A program made the translations under genes and the position numbers. From Candidatus Heimdallarchaeum endolithica (GTDB lineage Archaea > Asgardarchaeota > Heimdallarchaeia > Heimdallarchaeales > Heimdallarchaeaceae), in contig CP084167.1 in the NCBI GenBank assembly GCA_021513715.1, forward strand, positions 1,824,001-1,888,000: a stretch of DNA of 64,000 nucleotides. Reading direction: 5' to 3'. Below, one piece after another: positions 1 through 9,341 of the stretch; the stretch's first letter is position 1, and each line of letters opens with the position of its first letter. The notes under the pieces are model-generated. The model was not told where the DNA came from, made no database searches, and was given only the letters and a program-made list of their open reading frames with translations.

Positions 1-248
1 TTGCTTTTTTCTCACAAAGATTGACTGAAGAAAGCAAGAAAAAACTTTTTTCAGAATTTGAAGAAAGATTTGATGAAAACAAAAATAGATTCTATATAAG
101 AATAGAAAAAGAAGAAGCGTACAAAGGAATTTTAAAAACAGAAAATAGCCCAAGAAATGTAAAAATTGAATTAAGACTAAAAACTTTTGATGCCAATCCC
201 GATTATAAAAAATTCCTAACAAACAAAGGAATATTAAAAGAAAATTAA
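1..248 (+). CDS. 3' part of an archaeal RNA-binding protein (DUF54-like); start probably upstream of the window
   Basis: ORF 21..248 with ERFDENKNRFYIRIEKEEAYKG, resembling the C-terminal half of archaeal DUF54 proteins. Confidence 0.55.
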   Translation, partial: AFFSQRLTEESKKKLFSEFEERFDENKNRFYIRIEKEEAYKGILKTENSPRNVKIELRLKTFDANPDYKKFLTNKGILKEN

Positions 249-282
249 AAAAGGAAATAATAGATGAAAACTTTGGGAAAAG

Positions 283-3200
283 TTAGACTTTGTCTATTCC
301 TATCGTAATTTTGTAACTATCAAATTCCCAATCTTTAACAAATTCAGATTTAACGGTACCAAAAGTAAGCTCGGTTGCTAGTGTCTCTTCCATTATATAA
401 TCCTTGAACTGAGTGATAGATTCTTTTCCAAAGTCATCAGTGGTTATAGCTAGTCTGATCTTTTGTGTATATTCTAGATTCATATCTTTACGCATAGTTT
501 GAACACGACGCACAACATCACGAACATAACCTTCACGCTTTAGATCCTCAGTAAGAGTTGTGTTAAGTAATATCAAATAGCCATCGACTTCTTGACCTTC
601 AAAACCTTCACTTACCTTTATCTGATAGAGAACATCGTCAGGTGTAAGAATATATTGTTTTCCTTCAACTTCAATAGAGATATTACTCCCAGAAGTGATA
701 GTTTCAACATATTCTCTAGCAGTTTCTTGATTTATCTCCTCAAGATACTGTTTAATCTTAGTAATATTGCCTTTAACTTTTTTAGCAAGAATTTTGAAGT
801 TGGGCTTTATCTGATAATGAACGAATTCCTTAGAACTCTCTTTGATTTTGATGCTTTTAACATTAAGTTCATCCATCAAAACCATTTCGTATTTTTGTAG
901 AATTGTGGCTTTGCTATGTGGAGAAATTATGATAAGCTCAGATAAAGGCTGACGCATCTTGATATTGGCACTAGAACGAAGACTTCGACCTGCAGTTATA
1001 AGATTATAAATAAGGTTCATTTCATCAGAAAGTTTTTCATCAGTTTGTTCTTTTACAAATTCAGGGTAAGAACATAAGTGAACACTTTCTTCCGATGAAG
1101 GATAAATTTTCTTAACCAAGTTATGATACAATTGTTCAGAAAGAAAAGGAATGAAAGGTGCGAGTAGCTTAGTGAGTGAAACTAATACTTCATAGGTTGT
1201 AATATAAGCAGATTTTTTATCGTTGTTAAGACCCTCTTGCCAGAAACGACGACGAGAACGACGTAAATACCAATTTGAAAATTTATCAATGACAAAGCCC
1301 TCGAAAGCTTTTACAGCTAAATGAACAGAGAAATCATTCATTGCAGCATTAACGGTTTTTATCAAATAATTAAGCTCGCTAACTAGCCATCTGTCAAGTT
1401 CCGGACGCTCTTTGAGAGGAATTGTAAAGTGTTTTGGGTTAAAATTATCAACATTGGCATTATATATGAAAAATACATAACTGTTCCACAACGTAAGAAT
1501 AAACTTTCTTAAAGCCTCACGGACTAAACGATCAGAAAAACGAGTGTTATTCCAAGTAGGATTAGAGTAAAGATACCAACGAACAGCATCAGCACCATGA
1601 ACATTAATAATTTCATCAGGAGGAATGTAGTTACCCAAACGTTTACTAAGCTTACGACCAGTCTCATCTAAGATAAGTCCCATAGTCAAAACTGACTTAT
1701 AGGAAGAAGTGTCAAAAAGTAAAGTACTGATGGCTAAGAGGCTATAAAAAAATCCACGAGTTTGATCGAGGCTTTCACAAATCCAATCAAATGGGAAGTG
1801 CTCTTCAAATTTTTTCTTATTTTCGAATGGGTAGTGGAATTGAGCAAAAGGTGCAGCCCCACTATCGTACCAGCAATCTATTACATATGGTACTCTTTCT
1901 GCTTCTTCTTCACATTCTGGGCATTTAAATTTTATTTCATCCACCCATGGTCTATGTAAATTAAAATCTTTTTCAAATTCTTTTCCATATAGTTCTCTTA
2001 ATTCTGCTTTGCTTCCTACAAATGTTCTATGCCCATTTTTACATATCCATATTGGTAATGGTGTTCCCCAATATCTGTTTCTCGATAGCGCCCAATCTCT
2101 CACGTTCTCTATGAAATTCCCAAATCTTCCATGTTTCAAATATTCTGGTTTCCAGAATATCTTTTCGTTGTTTTCTATTAATTTTTCTTTCATTTTTGTC
2201 ATTTCTATGTACCAAGTTGGTGTCGAGTAATATAGTAGTGGTGAATCACATCTTGGGCAGAATGGATAAGTATGTTTATATTTCTCTTTTTTCCATAACA
2301 GTCCTCTCTCTTTCAATTGTTCTATTATTTTTGGGTCAGCTTTTTTCACGTGTAATCCTTTAAAATCAGTTATTCTTTCATCAAATGTTCCATCTTCCAG
2401 CACTGGATTGAGAACTGGTAATTTGTATTTTCTTCCTGTTTCTGCGTCATCTTCTCCAAATGCTGGTGCAGAATGTACTATTCCTGTTCCTTCTGTTGTT
2501 GTTACATAATCAGCCAGTGTTACATAAAATGCTTTTTTCTTTGTTTTTATATATGGGAATAGTTGCTCATACTTTTTCTTTTCTAGTTCTTTTCCTTTGA
2601 ATTTCTTTAACACTTTATATTCTTCTTTTAGAAGTACTTTTGCTCTTTCTTCTGCTAGTATCAATTTTTCTCCATTATACTCTATCCACACATAATCTAT
2701 TTCTGGATGAACTGTTAGACATACATTGCTTATTAAAGTCCATGGAGTTGTTGTCCAAGCTAGGAAATATGTTTCTTCAAAATCTTTGGCTTTAAACTTT
2801 ACAAATATTGCAGGATCAGTAGTTTCTTTCATTCCTTGTCCTGCTTCGTGAGTAGATAATGGTGTTCCACATCTTGTACAGTAAGGAACTACTTTATGTC
2901 CTAGATATATCAACCCTTTTTTCCATATTTCTTTTAATGACCACCATACGCTTTCTATGTAATTTTCGTCTAGAGTTATATAGGGGTGGTCCATATCTAG
3001 CCAGAAGCCTATTCTGTTTGACATATCTCTCCAAGCTTTTTCATATTTGAACACACTTTCTTTGCATTTTTGGTTAAATTCTTTTATTCCATACTTTTCT
3101 ATCTCGTTCTTATCTTTTATACCAAGGGCTTTTTCTACCTCTCTTTCAACTGGTAAACCGTGTGTATCCCAGCCAGCTATCCTAGGTTGAACATCGTAAC

Positions 3201-3441
3201 CTTTCATTGTCTTATATCGTAAGAACACATCTTTAATAGAACGAGTTAATACGTGACCCATATGAGGTTGTCCATTTGCTGTTGGAGGTCCTTCTAGCCA
3301 TCTGAACAGTTCTTTTCCTTTATTTTTCTTTCTTGATTTTTCAAATACTTTCTTTTCTTTCCAGAATTTTAGTATCTTTTCTTCTTCTTTTGCAAACTCT
3401 TGTGTCGTTTTCACAGGTTCAAAAACGTTACCACTACTCAT
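283..3441 (-). CDS. ileS: Isoleucine--tRNA ligase (archaeal/eukaryote type)
   Basis: 1052 aa; GPPTANG, HMGH (HIGH), GWDTHGLP, WTTTPWTL, GTGIVH, DWALSRNRYWGTP, KLSKR (KMSKS) motifs. Confidence 0.97.
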   Translation of the reverse strand: MSSGNVFEPVKTTQEFAKEEEKILKFWKEKKVFEKSRKKNKGKELFRWLEGPPTANGQPHMGHVLTRSIKDVFLRYKTMKGYDVQPRIAGWDTHGLPVEREVEKALGIKDKNEIEKYGIKEFNQKCKESVFKYEKAWRDMSNRIGFWLDMDHPYITLDENYIESVWWSLKEIWKKGLIYLGHKVVPYCTRCGTPLSTHEAGQGMKETTDPAIFVKFKAKDFEETYFLAWTTTPWTLISNVCLTVHPEIDYVWIEYNGEKLILAEERAKVLLKEEYKVLKKFKGKELEKKKYEQLFPYIKTKKKAFYVTLADYVTTTEGTGIVHSAPAFGEDDAETGRKYKLPVLNPVLEDGTFDERITDFKGLHVKKADPKIIEQLKERGLLWKKEKYKHTYPFCPRCDSPLLYYSTPTWYIEMTKMKEKLIENNEKIFWKPEYLKHGRFGNFIENVRDWALSRNRYWGTPLPIWICKNGHRTFVGSKAELRELYGKEFEKDFNLHRPWVDEIKFKCPECEEEAERVPYVIDCWYDSGAAPFAQFHYPFENKKKFEEHFPFDWICESLDQTRGFFYSLLAISTLLFDTSSYKSVLTMGLILDETGRKLSKRLGNYIPPDEIINVHGADAVRWYLYSNPTWNNTRFSDRLVREALRKFILTLWNSYVFFIYNANVDNFNPKHFTIPLKERPELDRWLVSELNYLIKTVNAAMNDFSVHLAVKAFEGFVIDKFSNWYLRRSRRRFWQEGLNNDKKSAYITTYEVLVSLTKLLAPFIPFLSEQLYHNLVKKIYPSSEESVHLCSYPEFVKEQTDEKLSDEMNLIYNLITAGRSLRSSANIKMRQPLSELIIISPHSKATILQKYEMVLMDELNVKSIKIKESSKEFVHYQIKPNFKILAKKVKGNITKIKQYLEEINQETAREYVETITSGSNISIEVEGKQYILTPDDVLYQIKVSEGFEGQEVDGYLILLNTTLTEDLKREGYVRDVVRRVQTMRKDMNLEYTQKIRLAITTDDFGKESITQFKDYIMEETLATELTFGTVKSEFVKDWEFDSYKITIGIDKV

Positions 3442-3479
3442 TCATTTTTCCTCTCCTAAAAAATTCTTAGTAAATCTTC

Positions 3480-3582
3480 GATGGACTGCGCTAAGACTAC
3501 GTAGAAAAAAAGTTTTCTTAGTGAATTTCGCGATCCATCCTTTTTTTTACCTCAACAGTCAATTTTTATCCTTTATTTTAAA
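3480..3582 (-). promoter_or_regulatory. ileS promoter (TATA-like TTTAAAATA at 3582-3574) and hairpin-forming 5' leader
   Basis: Nested inverted repeats gatgga 3480-3485/tccatc 3534-3539, gcg/cgc, ctaaga 3491-3496/tcttag 3516-3521 between the TATA box and the ATG. Confidence 0.5.
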
Positions 3583-3626
3583 TCTTTCTTTTCTTCTTAT
3601 CCTATTTTTTACTTGTAAGTCAATCT

Positions 3627-3669
3627 TTCTCACTTTTTTAAATTCTCACTTTTTTAAATTCTCACTTTT
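3627..3669. repeat. Tandem repeat, 16-bp unit ttctcacttttttaaa, about 2.7 copies
   Basis: Copies start at 3627, 3643 and 3659 (partial). Confidence 0.85.
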
Positions 3670-3816
3670 CCCTTATTCAAGGAATTAGTCTATGCTTTTA
3701 TCCTTCCACATCAAATTTTTCCAATAAGGCATTGTAAAATCAATATGAAAAAGTAAAAATTATTAGATCTTATTTTTTTCAAAAGTATAAGAATAAAAAG
3801 CACTTTCATCCATTTT

Positions 3817-3975
3817 TTAACGTATAAAAATACTTAATATTGTCGTAATTATCAACACTGTTACTCCAGCAACCACTAACCAAAACACTATATCAATCAA
3901 GTAAATCATTTTTGGAACTTTTACTTTTTCCCATTTCTTTACTACAGTATTGTTTAAATTCTTTTCTGAGCTCAT
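3817..3975 (-). CDS. Small single-pass membrane protein
   Basis: Likely start MSSEK at 3975; C-terminal hydrophobic stretch IYLIDIVFWLVVAGVTVLIITTILSIF. Confidence 0.6.
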   Translation of the reverse strand: MSSEKNLNNTVVKKWEKVKVPKMIYLIDIVFWLVVAGVTVLIITTILSIFIR

Positions 3976-3998
3976 TTTCCACCTTTCTCCTTTATTAT

Positions 3999-4517
3999 CT
4001 ATACCTTTCCTATTCCACTTTTCTCCCATTTCTGAAATTGTTCAAGTAAGTTTTCTATTTCCCCTGATACACCTTTTTTGTCTACGAAAACAGTTTTTCC
4101 TTTAATTCGTATATTGTCTGTTGGTAAATCTAGTAAGAACTTCTGCAATGCTAGTTCATCAGTAAATCCTAACAGTTCAGCCATTGTCTCTATTTCTATT
4201 TCTTCATATTTCATTAATATTTGTTCAAATTTTGCTTTTCTTTCTTTCTCTGTTAATTCTTTAATTATTTTTTCTCCTTTCTTCTTTATTTTGACAAATC
4301 TATCTTCTTTTAGCTCGCCCTCTATTTTTCTTTTTTCTATTAGTGATTGAATTATAGCTCTTACTTCATCTTCTTCTATACCTGTGATTTCAGTTATTTT
4401 GCTTACTTCTCTAACTTTTTCAAGTTGAGTTAAAATTGTTTTTTCCTTTATTTTCCTTTGTATTTCAGGAATTTTCTTTTTTACATAATATCTTGAAAAT
4501 GGACCTATGATTTTCAT
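3999..4517 (-). CDS. Hypothetical protein with tandem winged-helix (PCI-like) domains
   Basis: Two wHTH-like segments (VSKITEITGIEEDEVRAIIQSLIEKRKIEG; IETMAELLGFTDELALQKFL). Confidence 0.55.
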   Translation of the reverse strand: MKIIGPFSRYYVKKKIPEIQRKIKEKTILTQLEKVREVSKITEITGIEEDEVRAIIQSLIEKRKIEGELKEDRFVKIKKKGEKIIKELTEKERKAKFEQILMKYEEIEIETMAELLGFTDELALQKFLLDLPTDNIRIKGKTVFVDKKGVSGEIENLLEQFQKWEKSGIGKV

Positions 4518-4621
4518 TTTATCCTTTTAATACTTGGTTGCTTTGACTATTTAATTTTTCTTAGAATTTTCTAATGTTATAATAACAATAAAAGTAATGT
4601 TAAAAAGCTCCTTTCTTTTTT

Positions 4622-4647
4622 TTTATATGACTACATAATATGTAGTC
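4622..4647 (+). promoter_or_regulatory. TATA box (tttata) followed by palindrome gactacata-a-tatgtagtc upstream of the C/D sRNA
   Basis: TATA about 25 nt before 4651; perfect 9-bp inverted repeat 4629-4647. Confidence 0.55.
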
Positions 4648-4650
4648 GTT

Positions 4651-4714
4651 TGTGGCGATGACTTAACCGTCCCAGTCTGATTCAAATGATGAGCCTACGA
4701 CAGTATGAGCCACA
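4651..4714 (+). ncRNA. Box C/D guide sRNA; D' guide predicted to direct 2'-O-methylation of 23S rRNA G2251 (E. coli numbering)
   Basis: Terminal stem tgtggc/gccaca; C GCGATGA 4655-4661; D' CTGA 4677-4680; C' ATGATGA 4686-4692; D ATGA 4705-4708; guide accgtcccagt complementary (one G-U) to the P-loop ACUGGGGCGGU. Confidence 0.85.
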
Positions 4715-4825
4715 TTATTTAGTTCTTTTTGTTTTTCAATTTGTCATTTTGTAATTGTACTTTGATAATGGAACTTTTTTTTTAAAAAAGTAATATTTAA
4801 TTAATTCCCCCATATCCTTTCATTA

Positions 4826-6403
4826 ATGAACAACTCTACTGTTCAAATTGTTATCCCTCAATCAGGGCATCATGAACCAATTACAGTAATCAAAGAAATA
4901 AATGGATTAGTTTTCACCGGAGACTCCTCTGGTAAAATTTGCATTTGGGATATATCCTTTGATAAAGAATTAGGTTTTATTAAAGCGCATTCATCTTCTA
5001 TTACAGATATTGAATTTTTCCCTTTCTTTCCATCTATTGTTACATCCTCACAGGGTTTAGATATCCGGTTATGGTCTTGGGATAACTTATCATTACTACA
5101 ATCTCAACAGGTTCATGGATCTGTTGTTATTAACATCGAGTTTCTTGACGAGTATATTATCACAGGGGGACGTGACAGGTTACTTAAGAAATGGACATTT
5201 TCTAAAGGAGAATTTCATCTTGAAAAACAGATTAAAATCCCTTATTTAGAAGAATTTTTTGTTTTTGATGATAATATTCTTATTTCTTGTTCTGATGGTT
5301 CAATTTCTATCTACGATTCGGATTTTAATCCCTTATCTTATTTAACTCTAAAACGGAATAAACTTATATCTGCAATCAGAAAATCAGGAAAATACCTTCC
5401 TAAGTACAAAAAAGATCCCTTCACTGTTATAGGACACTTAGAAGGTGTTCGAGGACTTTCTGTTACCTGTTTCACTTTCGATGAAAAATTCCTTTATTTA
5501 GGACACTTTTATGGTGTTATTACTGTCTGGAGGAAGAATGATTTCAAACTTTCCCATGTTTTTGTTTCACATGATAAGAATATTACCTCTATTTATATAT
5601 TTAAAGAAAAAGTAATAACAATTGCTCTTGATTCTAAAGTTGCAATTTTTGATATTTCAAAGGAACAATACCATTCATACGAATTACCTTATCGACCTCT
5701 ATGTTTAACTCAATTAACTAATGAAAATTTTGTTATTGGGTTTGATAATGGTCAAATTGGAGTTTATAATAGTGAATTTCATGAAATTAAGAAAAGAGTA
5801 CCTATCCAAAATATTACTTGCTGTTCAATTTCTCCTGAATTTATTTTAGTAGGAACTGATAAGGGATATGTTAAACGTTATACTATCCCCAATCTTGAAG
5901 AAATAACAGACTTTCAGATTGGTCTATCATCAATATTAGGAATTTTCTACTATGATAGTATGATAGCTATTATTGATAGTGATAGTAACCTTAGAATATA
6001 TAAATCGGATTTAGCTTTTTCAGAGATCAAGCGACTATCAATTCCTATAAGAAAGGAAAAATTAACATTACGCGGATATAACAGATATATTGTTTTGTCC
6101 TTTAACATGATTTTTGATTTTGAAAAAATGGAAATAATGAAGGGAGAAGTTTCTTCTTCAACAAAAAAAGTATATTCAGAGTCTACAGTATATTCTTTTT
6201 CTTTTGAAACAGGAAATATTATTCTCAATATAAATAAAGATAAGCTAAATATGCTCTTAAAAAAGGAAGACTACTCTGTTCACCCTAAAAACGTTCTACT
6301 TAATATTAGAGAACTAGTTCATAATGCTTCTTCTCTAATACAAATTGGTGAATTTACATGGGTTAACATTGACAATTTTAATCAAACTAAAAAAGCCAGT
6401 TAA
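4826..6403 (+). CDS. WD40/beta-propeller repeat protein
   Basis: Repeated GH/AH...TG(D/S)...I.(I/L)WD units (GHHEPITVI...FTGDSSGKICIWD; AHSSSITDI...DIRLWSW). Confidence 0.85.
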   Translation: MNNSTVQIVIPQSGHHEPITVIKEINGLVFTGDSSGKICIWDISFDKELGFIKAHSSSITDIEFFPFFPSIVTSSQGLDIRLWSWDNLSLLQSQQVHGSVVINIEFLDEYIITGGRDRLLKKWTFSKGEFHLEKQIKIPYLEEFFVFDDNILISCSDGSISIYDSDFNPLSYLTLKRNKLISAIRKSGKYLPKYKKDPFTVIGHLEGVRGLSVTCFTFDEKFLYLGHFYGVITVWRKNDFKLSHVFVSHDKNITSIYIFKEKVITIALDSKVAIFDISKEQYHSYELPYRPLCLTQLTNENFVIGFDNGQIGVYNSEFHEIKKRVPIQNITCCSISPEFILVGTDKGYVKRYTIPNLEEITDFQIGLSSILGIFYYDSMIAIIDSDSNLRIYKSDLAFSEIKRLSIPIRKEKLTLRGYNRYIVLSFNMIFDFEKMEIMKGEVSSSTKKVYSESTVYSFSFETGNIILNINKDKLNMLLKKEDYSVHPKNVLLNIRELVHNASSLIQIGEFTWVNIDNFNQTKKAS

Positions 6404-6448
6404 CTTTCCCTTCGATTGCTTTAATAATCTTAATTATTTCTTTTTGAT

Positions 6449-7042
6449 ATGTATAATATTATATTCATTACCCACAACAAACATAAATTTGAAGAAGCAT
6501 ATGAAAAGGCTAAATTATTTAATATTAACTTGCAGTGGATTAACTTAGAGTATGAAGAAATTCAAGATGATAGTCTTGAAGAAATTGCTCGATCAAGTTG
6601 CTTAAAAATATTAGAACTTAGACCTGACTTAAAGGATAAGTCTTTCTTTGTTGAAGATGCAGGTTTATTCATTAACTGTCTTAGGGGGTTTCCTGGTCCC
6701 TATTCTGCTTATGTATTTCGCACTATAGGTAACTGGGGTATTTTAAAATTGCTTCATGATGTTCCTGATAATGAACGTTCTGCTTTTTTTAAATCTGTAA
6801 TAGCCTATTACCATTCTGGAAAAATTGAACTTTTTTCAGGAGTAATTCAAGGTAAAATTATTAAAAGCCTAAAAGGATCTCAAGGGTTTGGTTTTGACCC
6901 TATTTTTTTGCCTGCAGGAAGTAACAAGACTTTTGCTCAAATGAATAAAGAATCAAAGAATTTAAAAGGACACAGAGGAAAAAGTCTTCAAGAACTCTTC
7001 ACGTCCCTATCAAAACCGCCTTCGTCTCTGAAAGATAGGTGA
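6449..7042 (+). CDS. rdgB: Non-canonical purine NTP pyrophosphatase (RdgB/HAM1, ITPase)
   Basis: ITHNKHK, EDAGL, GFPGPYS, GFGFDPIF, GHRG motifs. Confidence 0.93.
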   Translation: MYNIIFITHNKHKFEEAYEKAKLFNINLQWINLEYEEIQDDSLEEIARSSCLKILELRPDLKDKSFFVEDAGLFINCLRGFPGPYSAYVFRTIGNWGILKLLHDVPDNERSAFFKSVIAYYHSGKIELFSGVIQGKIIKSLKGSQGFGFDPIFLPAGSNKTFAQMNKESKNLKGHRGKSLQELFTSLSKPPSSLKDR

Positions 7043-7048
7043 TAAATT

Positions 7049-7501
7049 ATGGCAAGAATGCATGCAAGAACAAAAGGAAAAGCTGGATCTACAAGACCTT
7101 ATCGTAATGAAGCTCCAGATTGGATGGAACACGATAAAGAATTTATTTTGCAAAAAATAGAAGAACTTAGAAGGCAAGGTTTACCATCTGCAATGATTGG
7201 TGTGATATTGAGAGATCAATATGGAATTCCTTCAGTTAAAGAAGTGTTAGGAAAAAAACTTGTTAAAATCTTAGAAGAAAAAGATTTGAAACCAAAATAT
7301 CCTGAAGATTTAACAGCACTAGTCCGTAAAGCTGTAAACATCCGAAGACATTTAGAAGAAAATCCAAAGGATTTACATAATAAGAGAGGGCTTATGCTTG
7401 TCGAATCTAAGATTAGACGATTAGTCAAATACTACAAGAAAAAGGGTGTATTTCCACCAAAATTCAAATATCAGCCAGATAAAGCTGGTTTACTGCTTTA
7501 A
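7049..7501 (+). CDS. rps15: 30S ribosomal protein uS15 (S13e type)
   Basis: MARMHARTKGKAGS, IGVILRDQYGIP, PEDL, ESKIRRLVKYYK. Confidence 0.97.
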   Translation: MARMHARTKGKAGSTRPYRNEAPDWMEHDKEFILQKIEELRRQGLPSAMIGVILRDQYGIPSVKEVLGKKLVKILEEKDLKPKYPEDLTALVRKAVNIRRHLEENPKDLHNKRGLMLVESKIRRLVKYYKKKGVFPPKFKYQPDKAGLLL

Positions 7502-7566
7502 GAACCAATTTTTCCTTTCGATAGTCTTTTATTTTTTCTTTTTTTATGTTCGACAAGTGAAAAAAT

Positions 7567-9021
7567 ATGAGTGAAGAGGTCACTGAAGAAATCTACACAA
7601 ATTTGAAAAATGTAACAAAAGAATTTTCATCTCTGATTCAAGATACACTTGGAACGCATTTAATTTTAACAAATCCCACAATTGATGGATTGTGCGCATC
7701 TTCAATTTTATTTGAACTATTAACAAATAAGGAAAATGGAATACAAGTTTCGTTTAGAAAATCTTTACGAAATTTGCAGAAGATAAAAGAAAGAAAATAT
7801 GATAATATTTGGCTTTTAAATTATAAAATAACAAAAGAACATATTGAAGAATTGAAGAAGAGCAACAAAACTATATTTATTATAAATTATAAGATGGACA
7901 AAGAAGTTTTTGCAATGATTAACGGTAAAAAAGAAGATAGAATACATATTTTATCTTCAGTGTCTCTAAAAATGAATGAAAGATTCCTTTCTTCTTCAGG
8001 ACTGTTATATTTTGTCGCAAAAGCGTATGAGAAAGATTATTATAGATATGGTGTTCAAGCTCTTTTAGGTGCGCTATCTGAAGGGCAGATAGAAATATCA
8101 AGCCAAGAATTTATTGGTTTCAATAGGTTTATTCTTAATGAATTAATAGATGCAAATGTTCTCTCTCTTGTTCATGGTACTAGGATAAGAGGTAGAGAAA
8201 CAAAACCTATTCATTTAGCACTTATGCATTCTATTGACCCATATTTTCCTGGTTTAACAGGAAATGAAGGTGCTTGTACTTCATTTCTATCTAGAATTGG
8301 AATAACTATGAAAGATCAAAATAATGAATGGAGAAAAATTAGTGATCTTACTAAACAAGAGATGCAAACGCTAAATGATGCACTAATTTCACTAATTGTT
8401 AGTGAAGGAAAAAATACTGACGACATAAACAAACTTATTGGTCCCATTTATGTTTTGAAAAATGAGCAAAAAGAGAGCTATACTAAAAATTTAGATGAAT
8501 TTTTGCTTTTAATCGAGGGCGCTGTTAACCTTGAACTTTATGGGCTTGTGTTTGCAGTATTATTAGGCAATAGAACATTCCAATATAACCAAATCATATA
8601 TGAAATTGATAATTATTATGGAGAATCTAGTCAAATTATTGGTGAAATAGAAAATAATCAAATCACTTTAGAGAACAAAAAATACTTTTTAGTAGTAGAA
8701 GGTTTATCTTCTCTAAACAACCATAATGTTTTGAAAAAACTTTGCCAAAGTGGAAAATTTGATCTTAATAAACCAATATTTTTCTTATTTAAAAAACGAA
8801 AATACAGCGAAATATTTGTTTATGAATCTCCTGTACAAAAAATCAAAGGATATCTAATTTACCCCATATTTGCAAGATTAAAAGACGAGAGAATCATTGA
8901 AGAGATTTCTGATAAAGATGAGTTTTTTGTTGTAAAAATACTAAACGAATCTTTAGATAAAACCTATACAGAAATTGAAAAAAAATTAGATTATCATTAT
9001 CACGGAAAAAAGAAACAATAA
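7567..9021 (+). CDS. DHH/RecJ-family protein, catalytic motifs degenerate
   Basis: Conserved position between uS15 and Pcc1; DGLCASSI, PIHLALMHSIDPYFPGLTGNE; no DHH motif. Confidence 0.7.
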   Translation: MSEEVTEEIYTNLKNVTKEFSSLIQDTLGTHLILTNPTIDGLCASSILFELLTNKENGIQVSFRKSLRNLQKIKERKYDNIWLLNYKITKEHIEELKKSNKTIFIINYKMDKEVFAMINGKKEDRIHILSSVSLKMNERFLSSSGLLYFVAKAYEKDYYRYGVQALLGALSEGQIEISSQEFIGFNRFILNELIDANVLSLVHGTRIRGRETKPIHLALMHSIDPYFPGLTGNEGACTSFLSRIGITMKDQNNEWRKISDLTKQEMQTLNDALISLIVSEGKNTDDINKLIGPIYVLKNEQKESYTKNLDEFLLLIEGAVNLELYGLVFAVLLGNRTFQYNQIIYEIDNYYGESSQIIGEIENNQITLENKKYFLVVEGLSSLNNHNVLKKLCQSGKFDLNKPIFFLFKKRKYSEIFVYESPVQKIKGYLIYPIFARLKDERIIEEISDKDEFFVVKILNESLDKTYTEIEKKLDYHYHGKKKQ

Positions 9022-9061
9022 AAGGGGATCAATTAGAGATTGACCTTTAATAGAAGGTAAT

Positions 9062-9334
9062 ATGAAAATGGAAAAAACAAGTAGAACAGAAACAAAAATC
9101 ATTATAGTTTGTGAAGATTCTCAAACTGCAAAAATAATAAAAGATTGTTTGGAACCAGAAAACGAGTTATTAGACAATAAAACTCAAATTATATCGACTG
9201 TAAAAGAAAACAATTTAGAAATAATTATTTATTCTACAACATCAATTTCATCTCTAAGAAATACTATAGATGATATTTTTCATACTATAAGATTAGCAGA
9301 GAATGTTTTGCTAAAGACAGAACGAGAGACATAA
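9062..9334 (+). CDS. pcc1: KEOPS complex subunit Pcc1
   Basis: 90 aa; LEPEN and SSLRNTIDD motifs; synteny before eS1. Confidence 0.8.
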   Translation: MKMEKTSRTETKIIIVCEDSQTAKIIKDCLEPENELLDNKTQIISTVKENNLEIIIYSTTSISSLRNTIDDIFHTIRLAENVLLKTERET

Positions 9335-9341
9335 AAGATTT

